Positions 1 through 16,739 of a stretch of 64,000 bases of DNA are shown here, piece after piece. This stretch comes from the human T2T-CHM13v2.0 reference genome, Homo sapiens, in assembly GCF_009914755.1 (NCBI RefSeq), contig NC_060933.1, one strand, 5' to 3'. A program made the position numbers and the translations under genes. Each line of letters opens with the position of its first letter. The stretch's first letter is position 1. The notes under the pieces were generated by a model. It did no database searches, had not been told where the DNA came from, and saw only the letters and a program-made list of their open reading frames with translations.

Positions 1-1101
1 CGTGAATGCCTTCCTTACCTTTGAGACTAACATTGAGGCTGTGTGTCGGCGGTCCAGGTGGCCGGCCCCCAGGCATTTGGGACCAGTGTGGATGGAGAAG
101 GAAAAAGCCACACACCTGGAGGAAGGGCCAGGGACTCAACTGGGGGTGGGTCCTGAGGACTGAGAGGGTGAAAATTCCCTGGGCTCACAGGAGCCTGCCT
201 CTCTCCTCCTAGAGCCGCCCAAGGGAAGTTAAGGCTGCTGGGAAGAGAGGGGAGAAGAGGCCAGGCGACTGGTGGAGCCACCCCCCGCCAGAGCTCACAG
301 CCCCTCTCCGCAGGTGCAGGGATACGACCTGGGGGTGGAGGGAGAGAAGGGGCTGTTCAGGCAGAATCTACCTGTGGTTTTATTTCTGCCAAAAAGAAAG
401 AGTGAGCAGCTGGTTTCGGGTCTAAATGCCCATCCTCACCCTTCTCCCAAGACAACCGGGAAGAAGGGCTCAAGAGACTCTCGCGGGCGACCCCAACCCT
501 CCCTCCACCTCTGGCAGAAGAGGAAAAGTCCGGTAGAAAAGAGATCCTGCTTTCTTTCTCCGATTGGTTTTCTTCCTTTCAATTCAGCTTAAGGCAAAAG
601 TTTGGCAAAGCAAGTCTACATAAGGCCGCATGACAGAGGGCGGAGGGACCTGGGGGGAAGGCCGGCCAGCGCCACAAATCGGCAGCAGTGTGGATCTGTC
701 TCTTTGATCGGGGGCTGGAGCTTCCCTCCTAATCAGCTCCCCCTCCTCCTGCCCCTGAGCCCCCAAAAGAGGAGTTTTTTTAAAAAACGGAAAAAGCAGT
801 GTTTCAGGGAATCTGTTACAAGTGAGCGACTGAAACTGAGAAAAAGGAGAGGCAAGGAGACCAGAGGTCACCCTGAGGGCGCACGTGGGGTCTGTCTGTC
901 CTGCTTAGATCTCCCCTCTCCCTGAAAGGAAGCAGGTGCCGAGAGCCGGGGAGGCCTTCCCGGGGGCATCAGCACAGTGAGATCCGCCCGCTGGAGAGGG
1001 TAGAATGGTTGTATCTTGCTGAATGACTGAAGAGTGAGTCTGAGTTTTGTTTTCAGCGGTATTATTATTTGTGAGTCTAACCTAGCGGGTGGTCCTGGCT
1101 G
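1..1101 (-). other. FAM78A: FAM78A 3' UTR (partial, continues beyond window start)
   Basis: Repeat-free sequence directly downstream of the stop. I found no convincing minus-strand cleavage site, so the end is inferred to lie outside the window. Confidence 0.7.
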
Positions 1102-1630
1102 TCACCGGTGCTTGGGCGGGATCACCACCAGCGGCTGCCCATACTTGGGCCGCCACATGAGGACCTGGGCATCGTTGGCATTGGGCTTGACCAGGGCGCT
1201 GGGCGGGATGGGCTCATTCTTGCTCAGGATTTTGGGCTGGTCCTGGGCGATGGGCTCCCGCAGCCGGGCGCGCTGGCCCAGGGGCCGGTTGGGGTTCACC
1301 TCGATGCTGAGCTGCATGCGCCAGTGCAGCGTCTGCAGGATGATCATGTCGTTGGTGGAGGTGTTGGTGGCCACCAGCCAGGTGGTGAAGCTCTGGTCCC
1401 GGTAGATGTTGGTGAGCTTGGCCACGTTGCTCTCGCTGACGGGCACGGCCCATGTGACGCTGGGGTAAAAGTTGTCATTCATGCTGATGATGAACTTGGA
1501 GTCCCTCTTGGTGGGGCCCACGATGGTGCAGGTCTCTGTGGTGTTGCCGTACCAGGGGTAGTTCACCCCGTCCGAGTCGCTGATGGCTTGGATCTTGCCC
1601 TCCTGGAGGTCGGGGAGCTCCCAGCTGGAC
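1102..1630 (-). CDS. FAM78A: FAM78A coding exon 2 (last exon)
   Basis: Acceptor CCTTCCTTGTCCTCAG|G at 1631/1630; AT+G restores Met, then SSWELPDLQEGKIQAISDSDGVNYPWYGNTTETC...VVIPPKHR, TGA at 1104-1102. Spliced total is 107+1+175 = 283 aa, the length I recall for FAM78A. Confidence 0.95.
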
Positions 1631-2211
1631 CTGAGGACAAGGAAGGCCAGTTCACTCACTCGGTCACTCAAGGAGGGCTTTCTGTGTCCCCCTGGCAGGC
1701 CAGGGGCTGTCCTGGGCCCTGAGGATGGAACGGACCCAGCAGACCACCCGGTCCCCTTTGACGTTCTGGGGGCAGGGGGTCAGACAGTAGCTCGGAGTCA
1801 CTGTCATCACTGCTGCTGTTACAATCATAACCCTCAGACAGAAGAAGGTGGCCGGCCTGGCCCAAGTTGCTCTAGGGACATACAGATCCCACACTCCCAT
1901 GTGGCCATGGATATAGTAGCATCTGGGAGCCCACCCCAGACTGTAGGGGCCCCTTACTTTAACATTACAGGCTCACAGACAATCTTCTCCATGCAACCCC
2001 ACCCGGCAGATACAGAAAGTGAAGTGGTGGGCTGGGGGTGGAGAGTGAGGCTACATTTTCCTAAGGACATTTGGCCAAGCGGTGGGGCCTGGGACCCCGG
2101 CGCATTTCCACCAAGGCACCTGTAACAGGGAAGCTCAGGACACCCTGCGCCCACTGCGCCTTCTGCTCACCTACGTGCACAGCGGGTACTCCCAGGAACA
2201 AGCTACTGTTA

Positions 2212-2870
<659 letters not shown>

Positions 2871-2884
2871 CATTCCTGTTCCTA

Positions 2885-3960
<1,076 letters not shown>

Positions 3961-5004
3961 TGCATTCCCCTACTTATGCATCATATAATGTTAACAGTTA
4001 GCAAAATTGGGGCCGCCGCAGGAGGAATGATTAGGAACATGATTTTGCTAATTTTCCTGTTCATCTCATTGAAAAGCTCACTCATTAGAGTAACACCTGC
4101 TTAATGGGCATCTCCTGCCCAGCCCCTGAGTACCCAGACTCAGGGAACCTGCAGGCAGCTCAGACAACCTCACTGTCCGGAAGTACCCAGCAATTCCTAA
4201 GATCTAGGGGGGCCCCACAGCAGCAGGCAGGATGACAACAGGGTGAGCCTGCTCATTCATTCCCCCGCACAGATGGAGAAGCGGGTCAGGGTCTCTTTGC
4301 CCACTGGGGGCCTAGTCTCCTATTTCAGAAGGAAACGCCCACTCTGTCCTCACACAGTGCTTACACTTGCTTGGAAAAGTTTTCCGTTTTTTTGGTTTTT
4401 CAGGGCAGGAAGCAAACTTGCATAAGGAACCCCGCTTTGGCCTTGCCCCCTCTTTCGTTTGCAAAGAGCTGAAGGTCTGGTTTGGGGGAGCAGGACTGAG
4501 CAGCAAAATAGCCCTCCTCTTCCTGACCCCAGCCTTGGGGTTTTCTTTCCTTTCCCAGTCCTGAAACTCCCAGGCCCTGGCTCAGGCAAAGACAGGTGAG
4601 GAGCCTCCCAGGCTGGCAGACAGCACTGCGTCACGCGGGGCATGGCTCAGGGCCAGGGCCAAATCGTCACCAGGCTGCGTGGATCCCTCCACCTGGGGGT
4701 TGCAGCGGGTGCAGCAGCCCAGGGTCCACTGTCAGCCCCAGCTACTCGCACTGTGGTCCAGTCACAGACGCGCTGAGCTCTACCAGCTCTTCAGCAGCCC
4801 ACAGACAATCCGCCAACATCTGCCTGCCCGGTTTTTGTGATGATTAAATGTACTGATACTCACTGCCTGGTGCAGCCAACAGCAGTCAGTGGAAGCTTCT
4901 GGAGACCCTTTGAGGGTGGCATCAGCAGTTAGAAGTGTGCCTCTCCCAGACCAGGTAGCCCTGATTTGACCCAAAGCCCTAATTTGACCTGAAGCCTTTT
5001 CTGA

Positions 5005-5965
<961 letters not shown>

Positions 5966-6601
5966 GTAAACAACCTGAGATTTTCAATGCTGAGACGGCA
6001 GAGCCTTGAACCACGCTCAGGGCCCTTCTGAGTGCAGGCCCCGGACAGCTGTCCAGTCTAGGAGCCCAGCAGGCCGTTCACCTCCATGGCTGTGGGCAGA
6101 GGCAGGCAGAGCCACCTGTCACACTCCCATCCTCCTAGGGACCCCAAAGGACAGCAGGCAAGTCCAGGCTGGAACCCAGGCGTCAGAATGCTTCCCGGGC
6201 TGAAGTGGCTTCCTCAGCCTCCCGCAGCGTCCCTGTCCTGAGTCCCATCATCACCCACCCAACAAACATCTGCAGGGCACCTGCTTTCCATGTCTCACGA
6301 AGCCCTGACATGGGTGGACAGAGCCACTGGCCTGGCTGGCAACGGGGAGGCCTGTGTCTCCGGGACACAGCGCCATCCTGGACTCTCCCTCGCCCCTCCA
6401 GGCTGTGCCCCTTCTCCTCCTCTGCCTCCACCGTGGCCTTACCCCTCCCTGGTCTCCCAGCCTCCTGCAATCTGTTCCCCTCCCAGAAGCAGCCCGAAGG
6501 ATCTTCTAAAAACACAAATCCGATGGCATGGCTCCAACCCTGTTAAACCGGCCATGACTCCCCTATGCCCTTAAAACCGACGCAATTGAAGCCTAGAGCC
6601 C

Positions 6602-6830
6602 TGCGTGTGTGCACACGTGCACAGCACAAGCACACACACGTGCATGTACACACACGCCCTCCCTGGGCTCCAGGGCCCCAGCCATTCTCAGCTGCTGCAG
6701 TGGGCCATGCTCCTCCCTCTCAGGGCCTTCTACCGGGAGCAGCGTCATCCTCGTCCTCATCCTCATCCTCCTCCTCCTCCACTCCTCTTTCCTCCTCCTC
6801 CCCCCCACTTCCTCCTCCTCTCCTCTCTCA
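6602..6830. repeat. Alternating purine/pyrimidine tract (6602-6657) and (TCC)n-rich polypyrimidine tract (6745-6830)
   Basis: TGCGTGTGTGCACACGTGCAC... and TCCTCATCCTCATCCTCCTCCTCCTCC... Confidence 0.8.
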
Positions 6831-8043
6831 TAGCTGCTCATCACTCAGCTCTGCAGCCACCACCCCAAAGAAGCCTGCCTGGACCCTCCACATGGGCCAG
6901 GTGCCTCCTGCTATTCAACGCCACTGGATCTCATCCCACTGCCCCGTGGCCTGTTCATGAGGGTGATTAAATACTGATGCACTCATCTGCTGCCAGTCTC
7001 TACCCTAGACAGACCACGAGGCCGTGAGGGCAGGGCCAGGCCTGCCTCGCCCATCACCACATATCTGGGATGTATCACAGCACCTGGCCCAGCTTCAGGC
7101 ACCATAATGTCTGTGGCCAGGATCAGTGGCTGTCAGTGCACGCTGGGTCTCCCTCGAAGCCCACAGGGCATCTCTGTGAGGAGTCCAGGGCCCCCAAAGT
7201 TGCCCTGAGCTTCTGCTTATCCTGCAGGGCTGCAGCTGCAAAAGCCTCTTGTTGGACAGTCACCTTAGCACGCGGTGACAGCAGGTACCACTCCCTGAGC
7301 ACACGGGCTGCGCCAGGCACCACACCTCCCTGGGGCCGGGGCTGTGGGGAGCATTTAACAGAGGAGACTTACGGCAGTGAGAGGCCGGGTCCAAGGTCAC
7401 ACAACTGGGAAGTAACTGGGCCAAGGTCCCCAACCTGACCCAGCTCTTACCCCACCAGCCTCTAATGGAACCTAAGCGATCCTCTCACCTCAGCCTCGCA
7501 AGCTGTTGAGATGAGCCACCGTGCCTGGCCTGATCACCTTTTAAAAGACTCAACTATGGGAGTCTGAGGCTGGAGGTGAGGGGGCATCGCTTGAACCCAG
7601 GAGGTCAAGACCAGCCAGGGCATCAAAGCAAGAGACCCTCGCCTGTACGAAAAACTTAAAAATTAGCCAGGCATGGTGGTGCGTCCCTATACTCCCAGCT
7701 ACTCGAGAAGCTAAGGTGGGAGGATTGCTTGAGCAATCAGGAGGTCAAGGCTGCAGTGAGCTAGGATTGCACCACAGCACTCCAGCCTGGACAACAGAGT
7801 GATACCCTGTCTCTGAAAGAAACAAAATCAACTAAATTTAGAAACAACTTTGAAATAACAGGTTGGATATGCTATATATACAGATATACAGATATATGTT
7901 CTAATAGGCAATAAATATGTTGCATTAAAATAAAATTTAGCCTTAACCTTAAATGATTTACTCAAATATTATCCCACCTCCTACAAGTGGCTCACATTGG
8001 GCACCTTAAGAAACACCTTTACAGATAAAGACTTGAGGCTCCA

Positions 8044-8384
<341 letters not shown>

Positions 8385-8899
8385 TCACACAGTCTCCCGC
8401 TCAGTCCTGGTTTCAGTCCCTCACACAGGCTGGGCAGGAAGTTAGGAATTATTTTACCTACTCCCCAACAGTATGGATTTTATAATCTGATAAAATTTGC
8501 AGAAAGTACTCATTCTGTAAAAGCTTTACAATTTTACAGAAACGAATGCCCAAGAGCCCCCATTCCACACTGGACAGGCATCCTGGGTTCCTGACATCCC
8601 CCCCGCACTGCCGCCCCCCTGGGCTGTCCCCACCACCACCGGGTCACCAGGCCCTGCTCTCCTGGCCTCCCCAGTACCTGCTCACCAGCTGAGGGAGGGG
8701 CTGGAGGTCTCGCCTCCCACAGGGCCTGCCCACGGGGATTCCCCCACCACAACAAACCCCATTCCTTCTGGGACCCAGACACCTTCTCCCTGCCAACCCC
8801 ACTCCCCTTAACCCAGGCACAGCTGTGGATCACTGGGATCTCACAAGGGGAGGAAAGACCAACAGCGCCTGTTTAATTTTAGTTATAAAAGAAGTGCTT

Positions 8900-9400
<501 letters not shown>

Positions 9401-9763
9401 AAGAAGTGTATCAAGTGAAAACTGAAACCTACCTCCCCATGCGCCCCTCCCCATGTGCCCCATGTACTCTGGTAAACATCCTTTGAGACCTTGCTCTCTG
9501 CATACACACACAGGATATGTTCCCAACTTCAGTATTTTCTTTTTAACAAAAATGGGTTACTACCCTACATATTGTTTGATAACTTTAAACAAAAATGTAA
9601 CAACAATGTATCATTTCCCCACTTGTCTTCATCGCCTATGGCCCTGCCTCAGAGTCTGCACTGCAGGCAGAGCATAATTTCACTCCCTCTTGAGGGGACA
9701 CTTGAGTTGTTCCTGGCTTTTTGCTATTAGGAGCCGTGCTGGAGTTAACATCCTCACGTGTGC

Positions 9764-10553
<790 letters not shown>

Positions 10554-12582
10554 TCACCTCTCAGCATCCTCACCTGCCTCAACTGTCCTCCCACAAACAA
10601 CAGGTGAAGACGCTTCCTTCCCCCAAACACTGGGCACGACTGATCTTTTTCAATGCACCCAACTCCAATCAGCAAAACAAAGGATATCAGTATGTAACTT
10701 GTCATTTCCCTGATTACTACGGCTGTTGAGTGACGCCTCACTTGGTCTCCAATGTTTGTTTCCAGTGCTTGGAAGGTGGATGAGGGCTGCAGCAATCCCT
10801 TGGCCAGGGCTGGTCCTGGGGGAGCTCTCTTTAGGCTGGGTCATCCCCCCTACTTCCTCCCACCCCAAAGCCTTGAAACAAGGACTTCCCTCTCCCACCC
10901 ACCCCGCCCTTGCCTCCGCCAGGGCCCAGCAGATGGGGGAGGCCGCCTTCCGGTTACAGAGAGGAAGCCTCCTCCTCAATTGTTCTTTGCACAACTGACG
11001 CTCAGACCCCGGCTTCAGGAAGAGGCCACGTGGTCAACAGGGACATTCCTCCATGGCCTGTCCCCAGATCTGCTGGCGCTGAGCAACACTGCTCTGGCAA
11101 CCAGCTTCAGGTCTTAGAAGCTGTGACCACATCATAAAATGAGGCCTTCCTGAGCTCCTGGGGAGGACGCTGGGAGACGGCAGGTGGGAAGGCGCCCGAG
11201 GCAGCCATTCTCAGCGTCATCCCAGCAGGACAGGGTGGCACCCAGCGGTCCCTCCACCCCTGCCCTGTCCTTTCCCACCAGTCTTTTTTTTTTTTTTTTT
11301 TTTTTGAGATGTGGTCTCACTCTGTTGCCCCAGCTGGAGTGCAGTGGTGCAATCACAGCTCACTTGCAGCCTTGACCTCCCCAGACTCAGGTGATCCTCC
11401 CACCTCAGCCTCCCAAGTAACTGGGACTACAGGCACATGCCACCATGCCTGGCTAATTTTTTTGTATTTTTTGTAGGGACAAGGTTTCACTGTGTAGTCC
11501 AGGCTGACCACTGGCCGTTCATAACACAGTGACAGCACTCATGCTATAGACAGGTATCTGAAACCCAGGAGAAGGGATAATGTAACAACAGCAACGAGGC
11601 AGCCACCTTTCCGGTGACTCCGACAGGCATCGCATAATGCATAAGACATTATTAGTATTACGATTCATAGCTATGGTATTGACGGCTACCATATATTGAG
11701 TGCCTGGTATTCGTGAGGTGCTGGGCTAAGGTCTTATCATCACAAGCCTATGAGAGAAGACTCATATTCCCATGTCATAGATGGGAACAGTGAGGCTTGG
11801 AAAGGTTAAGAGGCTGGCCCAAGGGTTGGGAGCTGGAGTTCACACCCTGCCATACATGGGCATGGGGTAGTGTCCCCATCCACCCAAAGAAACCCTTTCT
11901 ATCTGAGCTGCTCCCCCTCCTCCCCGCCCAGTCTGCCCTTTGGCAGAATCCTGAGCCATAAACTGCCCCTGACCTTGGCCTTGGCCATGGGCGTGGCTGT
12001 GGGCCAGGTTCCCAGGGGGCTCCAGAGAAGGGCAAACCAGGGACAACGTGGAACTTCTCCCACACAGGCGAGAAATTGTGACTTGTCACTTAGAAGACTC
12101 TGTGCCAGCTGACAGGTGGCAGTTGAGGAATTGCGGGGGCCGGGCTGTGGAGGCAGGTGTCTCCAACAATTTGGATGGGGGGGGTTGGCTTTTAAAGCAA
12201 TGTGGGTTGGACCCAAAGCCATATAGAATCCTCTCATGCTGGCACAGAGAAACTCACTCTTTTCCAGCTCTGTCTGCAAAAGTCAGGGTATTATTGAGAT
12301 GGTGGTTTTTTTTTTTAATTGTTCCATTTCAAATATTTCAAACCCAGAATGTCATTCTAAAAAGTTATCCTCTTGGCTTAGGGATTAATTTTAAGCAGGG
12401 ATAACGTTTGGGGGTATTATGGATTTTGGTTAAGTATTTGGAATTAACATTTTGGATACAAGCCCATTTGTAAAGAATGAAAGCCCTAACCTAGCTCTCG
12501 CTACCTAGCTGTCCCTTCCCCGGGCCACTAAAGCACAGGGCCTGGGTTTCATTTTAAGGATGTGAATTGTCTGGGTCAAGTC

Positions 12583-12790
12583 CAGTGGTTCTCCACTAGG
12601 TGTGATTTCATAGCCCCTCCTGGGGACATCAGGCCCTCCCTGGGGACATTATTGACTGTCACAGCTTGCGGGGATGTGCTCCTGGCATGGAGTGGGTAGA
12701 GGCCAGGGATGCTGCCCAGCCCCCTACCATGCACAGGACACCCCCCACCAGCACAGACAGAATTACCTGACCCTGGGCCAGGCAGAGCAG
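12583..12790 (+). mobile_element. MER20-like hAT DNA transposon fragment
   Basis: CAGTGGTTCTC start and GTGGGTAGAGGCCAGGGATGCTGC...ATGCACAGGACA core match my recall of the MER20 consensus. Confidence 0.75.
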
Positions 12791-12943
12791 AGGAACAATT
12801 CTGGGCTGGTTGGGGTTTCTGGTCACCCCAACCACTGTTCCCTTTCCTTTTCATGCCACAAGGCTTAAAAACTTGGAAAATGGAAGTCATCACAGGAGGC
12901 CTGGGGCAGGGGAGACAGGAAGGGGGTTTTAAATCCCACCCAA

Positions 12944-13250
12944 GGCTCACACCTGTAATCCCAGCCCTTTGGGAGGCCAAGGCAGGCAGATCACCTGAGG
13001 TCAGGAGTTCGAGACCATCCTGGCCAACGCGGTGAAACCCCGTCTCTACTAAAAATATAAAAATTAGCTGGGCATGGTGGCGCATGCCTGTAATCCCAGC
13101 TACTCTGGAGGCTGGAGCCGGAGAATCACTTGAACCCGGGAGGCAGAGGTTGTAGTGAGCCAAGATTGGCACCATTGCACTCCAGCCTGGGCGACAAGAA
13201 TAAGACTCTGTCTCAAAAATAAATAAATAAAAATAAATAAAAATTAAAAA
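12944..13250 (+). mobile_element. AluS element
   Basis: Alu consensus with (AAAT)n tail. Confidence 0.9.
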
Positions 13251-15072
13251 AAAGATAACTAAATCCCACCTAAATGCTTCTATTTCCATTCAGCAAGGAG
13301 CTAAAGCAAGGCCGCATCCTGGCCTTCTCCATGAGCCCTTCAAGGGTGCAGGTTGAATCCGGGACTCTGTTCTTTGGTAACTCGGCCCCTTAGGATGATT
13401 CTGTTGATTACTACCAAGTACTCGGCAGCCTCCTCCTCTACGTCTCAGCCACAGGACGGTCACCCATACTGGCCTCTCGCTGAATCCTCACAGCAGCCTA
13501 CGGGAAGTTCTCCCCCTCATGGACGGACACCAAACGGAACCCCGGGGGCTGCCTGGCCAAGGCCTAGGAGCCAAGACACGTGGACCCTTCTGCCCGACTG
13601 CTCCAAGCCGCCCCTCCCAGGAAGCTTCTGACTCCATCCTGTCCCTGGGGCTGGTCCCCGTGTATCCCAACCGGGATTGCACAGCCAGTGCACCCAGGGA
13701 GAATGAGCTGGGTGGGACACAGAGGCTCCCTGCAGCAAAAGAGGAGTCCCGAGAGCGAGAGGGAGCAAAGAGAAACATCAGGGGCAGAGAGAGAACAAGG
13801 AAAATGGCCTGGAGCCACTTTAAAACGCAAGTTCTTCATGCCTTACACTGCTTTAAAAAGTTTTAAACTCAGGAAGTGGGCCCTACGTGACAGAGAAAGA
13901 CTCGGCCTGGGGAGAAAATTCACTACACGGTGTGGCTGACATCTGTCCTAATTCTGTAGTTTTAGCCACTCACATCTGATAGAATAACAGTAACAATCAC
14001 AACACCGCTAAGGATGATCCCCATCCCATTACTGCCTGCGGTAAGTATTCACCACCAGCTTGGCGCAGGGCTGACTGCATGGCGAATTTGGTTAGCTTGA
14101 GTGATTCTCACAATAAGCCATGGGGAAGGGGTTCTTGCCAGCCCCAGTTTGCAGATGTGTAAACTGAGGGTCAGAGCAGTAAAGGGACTTGCCTAGGGCC
14201 ACATCCTGGAGAGTGGCAGAACCTGGCCTCCCGCCCAGATCTGCCTAAGAAGGCATGAGGCTCTTCCAACCAGGAAGCCAGGACTGCGACAGGGAGGGCA
14301 GGGTTGTCTCAGGTCCCAGTCTCAGGCCTAGCTCCAGCCACATCACCCACACCTACTCAGGGTCACCAGATGGAGAACAAGTCTTAGACAAGACATCGGA
14401 AGCCCATGTGCACAGATGGGGAAGCTGAGGCTTGGAGTCTGTACCTTGGGTCAGGCCTGTGGCCTCCCCACCACACGTTGCACCAACCACATTAGCATCC
14501 AGTCCCGTGAGTGCTCATGTCTTTCCAAGTTCAGAAGAACCCACTGGCTTCCTTACCCCTTCCAGGGAAGAAACTAGGCTTAGCCCAAAACCCCGAGGAA
14601 AACTTTTGTTTCTACAACTGTCCCGATGCCTTCAAAGCCCGAGGAGGTTTCTGGGCTTAAGCGTTCTTAGAAAAGGTCCTCACTGCATAACTAAGAATCA
14701 TGTTTCCCTGCTTAGAACAGAAAGGCAGCACCCCCTCCCCCGAACTGGATTACTAGCTGCTCTTGAGACACAAAGGGGTTGGCACAGAAATCAGGCTGGT
14801 GGAGAGGGCCGGTGAGAGCCTCTAGATGTGCCCCCCATGTACCTCTTTGGGACAGTCACTGTCACACGCTGGACTTAAGGGTTACTGTGATCCTCATGTT
14901 TCCTTTAGAACTTTGGAGTCATTAAGTAGAGAAGCCACCAGACTTGGTGTCCCGCCATCCTCCACCCCTCTCATTTACAGGTGGCCCATGAGATTCTTAA
15001 ATCTGTGATAAGTTCCAGCTCCTGGGGAAATTCTCCTCTTTTCCCCACTTGCAAAACGGGGACGTGAAGCTG

Positions 15073-15180
15073 CACAGGGTAGACACTGAGAGAGGCTCTG
15101 GGAGTGTCAGCGGCCAGTCACGGGGCCACAGGGTAGACACTGAGAGAGGTTCTGGGAGTGTCAGCGGCCAGTCACGGGGC
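15073..15180 (+). repeat. 54-bp tandem duplication (2 copies, 1 mismatch)
   Basis: CACAGGGTAGACACTGAGAGAGG(C/T)TCTGGGAGTGTCAGCGGCCAGTCACGGGGC at 15073-15126 and 15127-15180. Confidence 0.95.
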
Positions 15181-16138
15181 CGCATGGGTGGGCTGCCCGC
15201 CGGGGCCTGCCTAGCTCTCTCCAAAGGGTCCTTACGCTCAGAAACAGCTATTTTCACCATCCCTGTCTTAGGGTGAACCTTCAGATTAAGTCACTCTCCC
15301 AACTCTGCCTAAATGCAGCTCTTTTCACCCTGGGGACGGCCTTCTCTGGGGTCAGGAAGCAGGCCAGGAAAGGAGCCCCAGGGTCCCAGGGTCCTCACCG
15401 GGACCCCCAATACCCTAGGCACACTCTGGAGACCGGGCTTTGGGGCTGCAGAGGAGAGGCTCCTCTTTGCTGTTCCTGTTAGGGCCTCGCCAGAGGGACA
15501 CTGGACTTGTCTGCATAAAGCGGTCTTCTGCCTTGGAGACAGAAAGCGATACACTGTGAAGAAATCGGGCTTCTAAAACTAACTGTGCTCTCAAACACAG
15601 TGCCGTTTGGAACGGGGAAGCACTCCCCCAGCTCCTGGCATACACTGGTAAAAGCCAGAAAGATAATTGAGGCCCAATCGCAAAGCCCTGAACACACCGG
15701 TCTGGGAGTTGCAGAGTGCCTGAATGTCTGCCATGGGCCCGCACAGGGCCAGAGGCCTGGAGGGCAGCCCTGCAGCCTCTCTGGTGACCCCTGATGGCAC
15801 AGACACTCCTCAGGCGGACGGCACACTTGCTCTGCCAGGAAACACTGGGAGTAATGTCTCTCTGCTTTCTCGGCATCTTGCAGGGAAGGACACAGGAACC
15901 CGGGGGGAACAGTGGCAGGGTAGATTGCAGGACCGTGACTCCAATCTGGATCCACAGGCAAACTTTTCAGGGAGCCACCGGGCCAATGAGGCCACCTGCA
16001 TACCTGCCTAAAGCTTCCCTCTGGCCTCCGTCCTGTCTTCATGGTATCTCCACCTTCCCCCTATCCGCGGCCCCCCACCAGGCCTCCAAGCTCGGCCATC
16101 CCTAGCAGTTCCCAGAGCTGGCTCTCGGCCGTACTCAC

Positions 16139-16461
16139 ATGCCCTGCTCGCCGTACTGGTTGTAGAACTCCATGTGGCTGCACGCCTGGATCCAGCCAAC
16201 TACCCAAGTCTCCTTCTTGGGGATGGGCGGCATGACCACCTGGGCCGAGGCCCGGAAGTGGGGTGTCCGGTAGCGGAGCACCACGCTGGAGGACTCATCG
16301 ATGCTAGTGGGGACGGGGTCGATGGAGGCTTTCACATCAATCACCGTGATCCCTTCCCGGAAGACTCTGGCTTTGCCTCCGATGCTCTGAATACAGCCCA
16401 TGGCATACAGGAGCGCTCTGATCTCCAGGGAAGGCCAGCAGTCACAGAAAAAACCAGGCAT
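16139..16461 (-). CDS. FAM78A: FAM78A coding exon 1 (codons 1-107 plus 2 nt)
   Basis: ATG at 16461-16459; translates MPGFFCDCWPSLEIRALLYAMGCIQSIGGKARVFREG...EFYNQYGEQG; ends in phase 2 (AT) at a canonical donor AT|GTGAGT (GT at 16138-16137). Recognised as a FAM78 family sequence. Confidence 0.95.
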
Positions 16462-16739
16462 TGAAAGGACAGAGGCTGCAGGACCCAGTACAGACGGCGC
16501 TGCTCTCCAATCTCAACTCTCAAGACCGATATCCATAGGATAGAAAACTCACTGAGTAGACTGGGGTTGCATATATCACTACCGCGGCCTGTTTATAAAT
16601 AAGGATTCTGCTGCATTTCATGAGCCCTGGGCTCTCTCTTCTTCTCCTCGCAGTGGACAAAAATCACCGATATTCTTTGGGTTAAAAAAAGTTTGTAGTT
16701 TAATGAATAATTATGCGGTTCTGACATCCAGCCCTTCTG

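Noticed and set aside
1045-1076. Plus-strand acceptor, 14 nt, then donor (microexon-like)
   Set aside because: Antisense to the FAM78A UTR with no supported host transcript; likely chance.
1631-1671. N-terminal part of the 189-aa ORF (MSDRVSELAFLVLR)
   Set aside because: Intronic read-through upstream of the acceptor; starts at GTG.
1108-1722. 204-aa plus-strand ORF over FAM78A exon 2
   Set aside because: Antisense mirror of a GC3-rich coding exon, non-ATG start, no independent evidence.
12576-13289. 237-aa ORF and the many similar ORFs with SPRLECSG / [12 protein letters not shown] motifs
   Set aside because: Alu- and MER-derived translation artefacts.
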